Below are positions 7,552 through 15,774 of a DNA stretch of 18,478 nucleotides, piece by piece. The stretch is from Promethearchaeota archaeon. GTDB taxonomy: Archaea > Asgardarchaeota > Lokiarchaeia > Sigyniarchaeales > SOKP01. The stretch spans positions 1 to 18,478 of the forward strand of contig RDOE01000065.1 in the NCBI GenBank assembly GCA_011364975.1, read 5' to 3'. A model generated the notes under the pieces. It had not been told where the DNA came from, did no database searches, and saw only the letters and a program-made list of their open reading frames with translations. Both the position numbers and the translations under genes were made by a program. The first letter of the stretch is position 1, and every line of letters begins with the position of its first letter.

Positions 7552-9312
7552 TTATTGAGAATCTCCATATTGGGCTTTCCATTTTGGGTCCTTAATTTGT
7601 AATTCTCTCCTCTGGACTTTTCCAACCATAGATTTAGGAATTTCTTCTATTATTTCAATTTCTTTCGGACACTTATAATGAGTTATATTTTTTTTACACC
7701 AAGAAATCAATTTAGTCTCGTTAATCTTTCCTTTTGATTCATCTTTAATTTGAACCCAAGCTTTTACTATTTCTCCAGCTTCTAAATCTGGTAAGCCTGC
7801 TACAGCTACTTCCAGGATATCAGGGTGACTTCCCAACAATTCCTCAACTTCTTTAGGGAAAACTGAATACCCTTTATACTTTATCATCTGTTTTTTACGA
7901 TCTCTAATTACAATTTGCCCCCATTCATCCATATATCCGATATCACCAGTTAAACACCAAATACGTCCATCCCAAGTTTTAAGTGTCTCAGCAGTAGCTT
8001 TGGGATTATTTAAGTATCCTTTCATTACCTGAGGTCCATGAACACATATTTCTCCAGTGTATTCTATTCCATATCCTTTTAATGGTCCTTTGTTAAAATC
8101 TTCTGCATCGAATATAGCCCAATCAACTCCAGAATAGGGTAAGCCTATTGTTCCAGGAGTATCGGTTCCATCAAAAGGACCTGCACTTACAGCAGTAGTA
8201 CATTCTGTAAGGCCATATGCTTCAACCAATTTACCTCCACTGACTGCTTCAAACTCATCCTTTACAGGTTTATGAAGTGGACCAGCGCCACTTACACATA
8301 AACGAAACATATTTTTAAGCCTTGGTTCTGGATTATTTTTTAAATAACGCGTTAATCCAATAAATAAATTTTCAACTCCTGGTAAAATAACTCCCTTTTC
8401 TGGTCCAACTTCTAAAATTGTATCGATAACATCTTTTAAAGATTCAGGAGGTCGTGGAAATAAAATATTATAATCTCCTCCTTCAATTACAACATTCTGG
8501 ACTATTGTCATGCCAAAAGCATGAAACATTGGCAAAATTCCGATACAAGCCATCGGATGTTCAGCATCAGGCATCCACATTACATTTTGTTTAGCATTGC
8601 ATACAGCATTGTAATGTGTTATAATAGCAGGTTTGGGAACACCTGTTGTTCCTCCTGTCATTAAATAAACTGCGGTATCGTTTACAGGATCAATTTCAAC
8701 AGCGGGAATATCAACATCACCACGTTTATCACATACATCTAAAAACTTAAGAGCACCAGGAACCTCTCCAGTAGGAATAGTTCCGTCTTTAATTAGTTGT
8801 TCTTTTATTGCGGGAGGAATTGCTGCTAAATCAACAATACATGTTGAAATAATGAAATCGAATTTATGTTTGTCTTGTATCGGTTTAATTAATCCATACA
8901 TTGCATCCATACAAATTAATGCTTTAGCATTTACTTGCTGAAGAACATTTAATATTTCAACAGGCTTATAAGTTGGGTTAATTGGGGTTACAATCCCACC
9001 CAACTTAACGGTTGCAAAATATGCGATTGTAAATTGAAAACTATTCGGAAGTAAGATAGCAACAACATCCCCTTTTTTTATCCCCTGTTTTGCAAGCGAT
9101 GTTGCTAATGAATCAGTGTATTTTCGAAGAACCCGGTAATTCATAAAAGTTTTTGAAAACCACATACATTTATTTTTAGCAAACTCTTCCGTTTTTTGAT
9201 CAAACCAATCTCCTAAACTAATTACGGGAAATTCGGGATGTTTAGGAACACCCTCTTGGTATTTCTTAAACCAAGGTTTAGAATCATCTACATACCATTT
9301 AGGTATTGTCAT
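7552..9312 (-). CDS. Long-chain fatty acid--CoA ligase (AMP-binding family)
   Basis: MTGGTTGVPK, EAYGLTE, TGDIGYMD, DRKKQMIK and PKSMVGKV motifs. ATG at 9312 preferred (GGAT upstream); the track uses TTG at 9321. Confidence 0.93.
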   Translation of the reverse strand: MTIPKWYVDDSKPWFKKYQEGVPKHPEFPVISLGDWFDQKTEEFAKNKCMWFSKTFMNYRVLRKYTDSLATSLAKQGIKKGDVVAILLPNSFQFTIAYFATVKLGGIVTPINPTYKPVEILNVLQQVNAKALICMDAMYGLIKPIQDKHKFDFIISTCIVDLAAIPPAIKEQLIKDGTIPTGEVPGALKFLDVCDKRGDVDIPAVEIDPVNDTAVYLMTGGTTGVPKPAIITHYNAVCNAKQNVMWMPDAEHPMACIGILPMFHAFGMTIVQNVVIEGGDYNILFPRPPESLKDVIDTILEVGPEKGVILPGVENLFIGLTRYLKNNPEPRLKNMFRLCVSGAGPLHKPVKDEFEAVSGGKLVEAYGLTECTTAVSAGPFDGTDTPGTIGLPYSGVDWAIFDAEDFNKGPLKGYGIEYTGEICVHGPQVMKGYLNNPKATAETLKTWDGRIWCLTGDIGYMDEWGQIVIRDRKKQMIKYKGYSVFPKEVEELLGSHPDILEVAVAGLPDLEAGEIVKAWVQIKDESKGKINETKLISWCKKNITHYKCPKEIEIIEEIPKSMVGKVQRRELQIKDPKWKAQYGDSQ

Positions 9313-9474
9313 TTTTAACAATCCATTTTTTATTTTTTTTTAGTAGAATTATATTTGATTTTTGTTTATATAAAATTGATTGTTTCAATCCTTCTTTACT
9401 TTAGGATATATTTAAGAAATAACTCGAGTAATTTTTAGAAGACCTATTAAAGGTTTGATTTTCAAAATATATGA

Positions 9475-9522
9475 GAAAACTAATTATAAGATCTATGAAT
9501 AAGTTACTTAATTTTAAAGGAG
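9475..9522 (+). promoter_or_regulatory. Putative archaeal BRE/TATA promoter and SD of the small protein gene
   Basis: Purine-rich GAAAA followed by TTATAA (9484-9489). AAGGAG at 9517-9522 lies 8 nt before ATG 9531. Confidence 0.5.
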
Positions 9523-9530
9523 TAATTATT

Positions 9531-9710
9531 ATGAGTAAAAAATACGAACATAGAGTAGAGCATCTTAAGGACCATAAACATGATAAAGAAGAGAATCGAC
9601 ATCACGATGAAATAAAGCCATATTCGGCAAACAATACAGTAAGTCAACTAAAAAAAGCGGAAAAAAAATTTCATAAAAAAATTGATGAAAGCGAATATAC
9701 TTGGTTATAA
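9531..9710 (+). CDS. Small His/Lys/Glu-rich hypothetical protein (59 aa)
   Basis: Strong SD before ATG 9531 (preferred over the tracked 9471 start); occupies an otherwise empty intergenic gap. Confidence 0.7.
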   Translation: MSKKYEHRVEHLKDHKHDKEENRHHDEIKPYSANNTVSQLKKAEKKFHKKIDESEYTWL

Positions 9711-9847
9711 ATAAAAATAGAACCGTCTAACAAACCTATTTTTCAAAAAAATTTAATTAAAAAAGAGAATTTTAATTTCACGGGTAAAGTTACGTAAATA
9801 AATAGGAAAAAAGCGAGAGTTTTGCCTAGACCCAACTAGTATTGTTA

Positions 9848-10498
9848 TCAAGATTTAGGATACCATTTCTTTATTAAATTATATCTTTTAATATATCTTA
9901 GTAAATAAAGCGAAAGAACGAATGTAATTATGTCCTCGATATACCATATCAACTCACTCATTGTAAGAACAAAATTATATTGCCAATTACCTATTGAAAT
10001 AACACCTATATCTATTATGGGTATCCAAAAAAAGTCAGGAGCTCGTATTAAAACCCAAGGATAAAATAATTCAATATATGAATGCGAGGGAAGATCTATC
10101 AATAGATGTGTTAAACCACCGAGTAATGAAGAATAAAAAGCTATAATAAAAAATCTTTTGTCATATTTCTTCCTATTTAGCATATACCAATCATCGATTC
10201 CGAAATATTTTAATTGCTTAGAAATAAATCCCTCTCCCTTAGCATATTTTGATATCCTTGGTCCGATATGGCTACAAAAAAGAATTGTTAATAGTATAGT
10301 TAAAGGTATTGTAATAATAAAAAGCCCCAAAAAACTGTGAGTTATATTTATAAATCGAGTGGAGAAAATTAGATCGATTGGGCCATTTATGTCAACAACA
10401 CAAGCCCCAAGGCAAATTGCAGTTCCATCAATCCACTTTGGAAATTTAATTTTAATTAATAATCCTGGTGCTTGATGAGAGATTACTGGATTAGGCAT
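9848..10498 (-). CDS. DUF4184-like membrane protein (putative metal-dependent hydrolase)
   Basis: MPNPVISHQAP N-terminus, THSFLG and GGLTHLLIDLPSH His/Asp motifs; hydrophobic segments. Confidence 0.7.
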   Translation of the reverse strand: MPNPVISHQAPGLLIKIKFPKWIDGTAICLGACVVDINGPIDLIFSTRFINITHSFLGLFIITIPLTILLTILFCSHIGPRISKYAKGEGFISKQLKYFGIDDWYMLNRKKYDKRFFIIAFYSSLLGGLTHLLIDLPSHSYIELFYPWVLIRAPDFFWIPIIDIGVISIGNWQYNFVLTMSELIWYIEDIITFVLSLYLLRYIKRYNLIKKWYPKS

Positions 10499-10569
10499 AA
10501 GCTAAAATCTCAATATCTGTATTTGAAAATAAGCCAATTATGCTAAATAAATATTTCTTTTGGGTTTAT

Positions 10570-11286
10570 TTAGATATTTTTAATTTGATGCAAAGTGTAA
10601 AAAGCCGCGGGTATGAGCCAAATCTGCTGAGCAAACAACATTACCCATTCAAGGAATGGCTCTGTAACTATTGGTGGAGGATTGAGAAATAATAACCCTG
10701 CCACAAAAGGTCCTATTATCATATATAATCCTAAAAATCGCGGACAGATTGCTTTTTTCAATGTTATAGTGATCCCTTCAAAGAGAGCCCCAAATATTAA
10801 GCCTGTAAAAACTAATACAGAAAAGATAAAGTGTAGGTTAAATTGGGTTGTTCTATCAACACTAAAAATACCAATACCAAACAAACCAATTGATCCTACA
10901 AGAAGGAAAAATAATCCTAAAATAGCGTTGAAAACAATAATTAAATGAAAGAACCTTTTAAGGAATTTCTCATTTGAGTCTAAAATAATCTTTGGAGAAT
11001 TTAGTATAAGAAATTTAAAATTATAGAGGAAAGCAGGAATGATTAAGATGGCTCCAGTCATTACAATTATATCAAACAGGTAAGGGACAGGTGTAACGTT
11101 TAAAGAACCTAAATCACTTATATATTGATTCCATATAGTATACCCTTGAGGACCAACTAATGTTGCAATTAACACACATATAGCTAAACCAGGAATAAAA
11201 GTAAATAGATTGATTCTTATTGTAAGTTTGACAAGGTTAGGTTCCACAAGCAATTTATAAAATCGTTTAAAATAGAGCACATTCAT
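10570..11286 (-). CDS. DUF998-like integral membrane protein
   Basis: GYTIWNQYISDLG, GIGIFS, LHFIFS and PFLEW motifs; about 6 TM helices. Confidence 0.72.
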   Translation of the reverse strand: MNVLYFKRFYKLLVEPNLVKLTIRINLFTFIPGLAICVLIATLVGPQGYTIWNQYISDLGSLNVTPVPYLFDIIVMTGAILIIPAFLYNFKFLILNSPKIILDSNEKFLKRFFHLIIVFNAILGLFFLLVGSIGLFGIGIFSVDRTTQFNLHFIFSVLVFTGLIFGALFEGITITLKKAICPRFLGLYMIIGPFVAGLLFLNPPPIVTEPFLEWVMLFAQQIWLIPAAFYTLHQIKNI

Positions 11287-11329
11287 TTTTTTAAGCTCAG
11301 GGGAATTGATTAAAGTAATTAAGTTTTGA

Positions 11330-12778
11330 TTATTCTAAAAATAATTTTTCCTTTTCAATAAAAGACTTATAGTAATATGAATTTTTTGAAAGTTTAATTC
11401 TACTAATAAAAAGAAAGGCAATCAGATAAAACAATCCCATGGAAAGAAAGACAATTGTAATGGCAAACGGATTTTCTTCATTATTACCGGAAAGGAGAGC
11501 ACCAACAAAAATCGAGGCAAAAGCAGGACCTAATGAGTTAATAAAAGATGATAATCCATAATAAGAACCGGAAATTTTGGACATAGACACATCCAAATTG
11601 GATTCAAAATTTTGATCAGCAGCTTCATGAACAAGAGATGCCATTATCGGTATTGAAAAGAGGGGAAAAGCGTACATAGAACCTAATACAGTACTCCAAG
11701 AGAGAATATATAGGAATAAATTAAATTCATAAGGTAAATTACCGAATAGGAAAAAGAGATCGATGATAGAGCCAAAAATTGCGAATAATAAGCAAATAGA
11801 ATATGATTTTAAGATATAAGATTTTTTAAGTACTTTTTTCCATATAAAATACCACACAAATTTTCCAAGTATCGAAATGACTATATAAATATAAAATTGG
11901 GCTGATTGGAATTGCATCACATATGTTTGAAAGGGGAAAACTAATAAACCAACAATTTTTCCACTAACACCGGTAAAGAAACCTGCAAATATTAATTTAA
12001 GGTAATTTTCGTCTTTAATAGGTATTGACATACGTTTAAAAGCATCAAAAACTTTTACTTTTTCAAATTGATGGTTGGAATTATTATTATGAAAACTTTC
12101 ATCAACAGATAGAAAAATTAGTATCACAGTTATTAACCCAAATATTGAACATGATATTCCAATCACAGGTATAAAAAATAAGATTACTTCACCTGAAGGT
12201 TCCCACCACTTGACATTTGCAGGATCAGTTAAAAAGCTTTGAACTATTAGTGGGAGCATTAAAGCTACAATAGAAGCAATAATTTGAAAGGCTGACGAGA
12301 TCGCAGCCAATTTCTCTCTATTTTTTAATGTTTGAGATTGTTCTGGCAACATAGAAACATAAACATTATAAATAAGAGCACGGAAAATAGATCTTATAAT
12401 GGTAATAATCCAAAAGAAGCTTGCTGTTGGTAAAAAAAGAGAATTACCTTCGGGACAATAGGGAGGAAACCATATTAATATAGTTGTAATAAACCATATT
12501 GGTAAGCCTATGAGTAAGTAAGGACGACGCTTTCCATACTTGCCCGGTTTTTTATTATCAACTAAAACTCCAAAAATGATGGCAAAGACAGAACCTATAA
12601 CTAATTGAGCAGTTACGCCTATTGATACTAATAATGCGTTAAGATTTACCGTGTACACATAGAATTGGAAGAGAAATACACCTGTGAACATGTTTGGTAG
12701 TGTAAGACCTAAATCCCCTAGAGAGTATCCTAATAGACGTTTTCCATGTAATTCCCGAGGTTTAACTAAATTACTCAT
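11330..12778 (-). CDS. MFS transporter, glycoside-pentoside-hexuronide (GPH/MelB-like) family
   Basis: About 12 TM; GYSLGD, GVLVDNKKPGKYGKRRPYLL, YVSMLPE and SGSYYG motifs. Confidence 0.88.
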   Translation of the reverse strand: MSNLVKPRELHGKRLLGYSLGDLGLTLPNMFTGVFLFQFYVYTVNLNALLVSIGVTAQLVIGSVFAIIFGVLVDNKKPGKYGKRRPYLLIGLPIWFITTILIWFPPYCPEGNSLFLPTASFFWIITIIRSIFRALIYNVYVSMLPEQSQTLKNREKLAAISSAFQIIASIVALMLPLIVQSFLTDPANVKWWEPSGEVILFFIPVIGISCSIFGLITVILIFLSVDESFHNNNSNHQFEKVKVFDAFKRMSIPIKDENYLKLIFAGFFTGVSGKIVGLLVFPFQTYVMQFQSAQFYIYIVISILGKFVWYFIWKKVLKKSYILKSYSICLLFAIFGSIIDLFFLFGNLPYEFNLFLYILSWSTVLGSMYAFPLFSIPIMASLVHEAADQNFESNLDVSMSKISGSYYGLSSFINSLGPAFASIFVGALLSGNNEENPFAITIVFLSMGLFYLIAFLFISRIKLSKNSYYYKSFIEKEKLFLE

Positions 12779-12880
12779 AGTATTTATAATTCAAATAGTT
12801 AGATATGAAAAAGGGGAAATATTGAAAAAATTTTCCATTACAAATTTTATTCAATACATATTTCTTTATGATTTTAACCA

Positions 12881-14101
12881 TTAAGGTTTGCCACAACACA
12901 CTTTAAATTTTTTTCCGCTACCGCAAGGACAGGAATCATTTCTACCCACTTTTCTTAATTTAAATGTAGTAAGGCTTTCTATTTTATTTCTCAATTTATA
13001 ATTTTCGGCAATAGAGGCAAATTGAGGGAGAGTTCGAGTATAAAAAATTTTCCATCCTTCACAGAGTATACTTATTTGCCTGCTTTTATTTGGCGACGCA
13101 TAACGAAACTTTTGGCAATCTCCATGGCATAAAGACAAGTATGGACATTTATCACATTCTAAATTCCAATTTGCTTTTTGCGTCCCAAAATCTTCATAAA
13201 TTTTAGATTTCGTTAATTTTTCCCAATTATGTGTTTTTATATTTCCTAATAATAAATCATCCCTTACAAAGAAGTCACAAGGATATACCCCACCATCATA
13301 TTCTACTACAAAATATTGTCTACAATCCTCCTGCATTTGACAAACGTTATATTTACCATAAACCAAATATTCCATGATGGAGTCGAATAATCGAATTGAA
13401 ACCCGATTAATATCTTCCTTTATCCATTCTTTAAATAGTTCAGTAAGAAATAATCCCCACTGTTTACCGGTTATAGAGAAGGGTTGAAGAGTTCCATTCT
13501 CACTAAATTCTACGCAAGGAATATACTGATGATAATAGAAATCGTTTTGAATAAAGTAGTGGTAAATTTCACTTGCTTTTTCGACATTTTGACTATTTAT
13601 TAAAGATAATATATTGAACTCTACACTATTATTTCTTAAATGCTCAATTCCTCGCAGAACCATTTTATGAGTTGGTTTCATACCAATTGTTTTGCGATAA
13701 TGATCATGAAGATAATCAGGTCCATCAAGACTTACTCCCAGAAGAAATCGATACTCTGCAAGAAATTTGGCCCAATCCTCAGTGATAAGCGTTCCATTAG
13801 TTTGTAGTCCATTACTTATAGTAGCACCTGGAGGAGCATATTTCTTCTGAAATTCTACAGCTTTTTGAAAGAATTTTAAACCCATAATCGTAGGTTCTCC
13901 ACCTTGCCATCCAAAAGTATAATGTTTATCTTGGTTAGTGCTCATATAACTCTTGATCATGAGTTCTAAGGTTTCCTCAGACATTCGAGGATTTGAGCTC
14001 TGCTGATTCAAATGATTAATATAGAAACAATAATCACATCTAAGATTGCAATCCGCAGAAGCAGGTTTTATTAAGATTGAGAAGGGTTTCATTCTTTTCA
14101 A
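12881..14101 (-). CDS. Anaerobic sulfatase maturase (radical SAM/SPASM, AtsB/AslB-like) with C-terminal SEC-C motif
   Basis: IKPASADCNLRCDYC, WQGGEP, QTNG and GVSLDGP; SPASM cysteines (YPCDF, CDKCPYLSLCHGDC); C-terminal VGRNDSCPCGSGKKFKVCC. Start TTG 14101 or ATG 14092. Confidence 0.92.
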   Translation of the reverse strand: MKRMKPFSILIKPASADCNLRCDYCFYINHLNQQSSNPRMSEETLELMIKSYMSTNQDKHYTFGWQGGEPTIMGLKFFQKAVEFQKKYAPPGATISNGLQTNGTLITEDWAKFLAEYRFLLGVSLDGPDYLHDHYRKTIGMKPTHKMVLRGIEHLRNNSVEFNILSLINSQNVEKASEIYHYFIQNDFYYHQYIPCVEFSENGTLQPFSITGKQWGLFLTELFKEWIKEDINRVSIRLFDSIMEYLVYGKYNVCQMQEDCRQYFVVEYDGGVYPCDFFVRDDLLLGNIKTHNWEKLTKSKIYEDFGTQKANWNLECDKCPYLSLCHGDCQKFRYASPNKSRQISILCEGWKIFYTRTLPQFASIAENYKLRNKIESLTTFKLRKVGRNDSCPCGSGKKFKVCCGKP

Positions 14102-14185
14102 TGATTTAAAATACTCTAATTAAAATAAAATTTTTTAGAAATTTAGGTTTTTCATTCAAAATAATTTCTTAAGGGCTGATTTGTT

Positions 14186-15622
14186 TTATTGACTATTTAA
14201 TTTGCTGAAATCGTTTGAAGTTTGAGATTTGTATAGCGCATTCTTTTCTTGATGTAATATAATAACTTTTTGATGCAGTTCTTCAAGAACTTTTCCATGT
14301 AAAGGAAAGAAATAAATACTGATAAGCCCTGCCAAGTTGATTATCGAGGGAACAATAAGTAATAGAAATTTTATCCCTATTGAAGCACTCGGTAATTGCA
14401 TTGGAGCATCACGAACAAATCCAAAAAGAAGTAATACTGAGGTGCCTATAATTGGTCCTATGCTCTCTGCGATTTTATTAAAGAAAGCATTGGTTCCTAA
14501 TATTAAACCTTCCCTCCGTTCATTATTCAGAACTTCATCTTCATCAGTGACTAACATCATTACGGGATAATCAAATAACATGAATCCTGATACAATTGAG
14601 TTAATAGTCATAAAAATCCATATTAAAATATCCACTCCTGGTAATAATATTATGAAAAAACCAATTGTATTTATAGAAATTTGGATTATTCGCCCCCATA
14701 TTATCAATGTTCGCATTTCCTTCTTCATGGAAAGCTTTTTGTATAGTAAAAAACCGATTAATGCAACAAATGTACTTAATATATAATAAAGTAAAGATGC
14801 TGTGGTAATATCTACGCCCAGAATATATATATAAGCAAACATAAAGCTTAGTCCTAATGCTAAATTAAGTTGATTGAAAACTCTAAATAAGGTCATTGAG
14901 ATATAGGATCTTGTTTTAAGAACTTCTTTCAGTGCTCTTAATAGTGGGACGGTATCTTGATTAATATATAAAGCAGGTCGTTCCTTAAGAATTGAACCTA
15001 TATAATAATAACAAACTCCACAAATTAATGCACAAATTCCAGTAAAAATTTGAAACGTTAATAGTCCTGAAGCGTATATCAAAAAAGCTAATAAAACAGG
15101 GAAAGCACCAACTATTTGAAAATATTGATTATTCAATGCCATCTTGTTTCTTTCATCATTGCTTTCAGTCAGTTCAGGCATTAAGGCAAGCCAAACCAAC
15201 CATACTAACGACAGCATCATATCAAAAGCACAAATAGATATGATAAACTGAAGGAAGATCAAAATTTGATTTGAATAACTCCAAGGAAACCAAGTTAAAA
15301 AGAAAATAATTGCCCATAGGATACCACCCCATTTAATATATATTAGTCGTCGGCTCCCCCATTTTCTAACATTTGTCTTATCTGTGAGTCTGCCAAAATA
15401 AAAGTCATTTAAAGAGTTTACAACAGCATATATTGCTTGTCCAATAACAAAAAGTGTTTGTTGTAATTGTAAATCGTCCCAAAAGTAATTAACATAAGTT
15501 AAACCAAAGATACCTGCTAAAATGATATTAGGTAAATTAGTTAAAGAATATAAAATTCTTTCTTTTTTTGTTAGATTATAGCTTTCTCTCCCTCGTTTAA
15601 TTTGAACTTCATGGGTTGACAG
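14186..15622 (-). CDS. MFS transporter, GPH family (about 478 aa, probable CTG start)
   Basis: The frame stays open upstream of the tracked TTG 15262 until TAA at 15635-15637. The extension encodes typical GPH N-terminal sequence (KKERILYSL..., NSLNDFYFGRLTDKTNVRKWGSRRLIYI). C-half has DEDEVLNNERREG. Confidence 0.85.
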   Translation of the reverse strand: MSTHEVQIKRGRESYNLTKKERILYSLTNLPNIILAGIFGLTYVNYFWDDLQLQQTLFVIGQAIYAVVNSLNDFYFGRLTDKTNVRKWGSRRLIYIKWGGILWAIIFFLTWFPWSYSNQILIFLQFIISICAFDMMLSLVWLVWLALMPELTESNDERNKMALNNQYFQIVGAFPVLLAFLIYASGLLTFQIFTGICALICGVCYYYIGSILKERPALYINQDTVPLLRALKEVLKTRSYISMTLFRVFNQLNLALGLSFMFAYIYILGVDITTASLLYYILSTFVALIGFLLYKKLSMKKEMRTLIIWGRIIQISINTIGFFIILLPGVDILIWIFMTINSIVSGFMLFDYPVMMLVTDEDEVLNNERREGLILGTNAFFNKIAESIGPIIGTSVLLLFGFVRDAPMQLPSASIGIKFLLLIVPSIINLAGLISIYFFPLHGKVLEELHQKVIILHQEKNALYKSQTSNDFSKLNSQ

Positions 15623-15774
15623 ATCAATACCCCTTTATGCTTGTTTTTAAAATATAATAAAAATTTCAACTTTACTTTTTAAAAAGGTTATGACTATTGA
15701 CTTTTTAATCAATGATTTTATAACATTAAAAAATTAATGATTAGGTTGTTTTTCTGATTGTAAAATACCATGAT

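Noticed and set aside
9845-9850. TGA stop of the DUF4184-like gene as a second Sec codon
   Set aside because: It is followed immediately by TAA and has no redox-motif context.
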